From the human T2T-CHM13v2.0 reference genome, Homo sapiens: a DNA stretch of 64,000 bases. The notes under the pieces are model-generated. The model ran no database searches and had not been told where the DNA came from. It saw nothing but the letters and a program-made list of their open reading frames with translations. The stretch lies in assembly GCF_009914755.1 (NCBI RefSeq), contig NC_060933.1; one strand, given 5' to 3'. The translations under genes were made by a program, and so were the position numbers. The number at the start of each line of letters is the position of its first letter. The first letter of the stretch is position 1. Below, one piece after another: positions 62,261 through 64,000 of this stretch.

Positions 62261-62469
62261 ATTTCACATATCATGGAAATAGCATTTTGAAAATTATTAA
62301 CATGATTTCTCTTTTGCCTTTCCAAATCTCAGAGGCATTCTTTAAAATGAGTGGAAGGAGATTTCGATTACAAAAGAATACCCAGCGAAAAAAATGAGGT
62401 AACTTCTCCAGGTTCAGGACAAGAAAATGCAGCTGAATGTATTTATCATCTTCTTTTTTGGTGAGGGAG

Positions 62470-64000
<1,531 letters not shown>

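Noticed and set aside
60399-62325. Cluster of long overlapping ORFs (up to 270 aa)
   Set aside because: All lie within the GC-rich MER52 LTR, on both strands; a stop-poor composition artefact.

Overview
Human/primate genomic DNA, rich in repeats, with no intact protein-coding exon. A CpG-island promoter at ~40.4-41.5 kb drives a minus-strand gene. I recognise its non-coding first exon (41040-41223) from memory as the FANCC 5' UTR, and a second first exon has its donor at 40643. Positions 1-41039 are therefore intron 1 and 41.2-64 kb is upstream intergenic DNA. Intron 1 contains: a full-CDS processed ATMIN (ASCIZ) pseudogene inserted antisense into an old L1 (16-bp TSD); a CpG-rich LTR-derived degenerate tandem repeat with two ZFP57 motifs (probably the reported FANCC intron-1 imprinted DMR); a tailless retrocopy of a 5' tRNA-Cys half; a tiny polyadenylated MER41 R-region retrocopy; and a piggyBac-type MER75, Tigger4, L1, L2, MIR, MaLR elements and about 40 Alus. 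Upstream lie a two-LTR MER4-type ERV1 provirus (with a nested LTR12F/LTR30-like solo LTR) and a MER52 solo LTR. Repeat family names come from recalled consensus sequences, not a RepeatMasker run. I found no convincing wholly new biological system. The best leads are epigenetic (imprinting-like CpG elements) and unusual retro-insertions.
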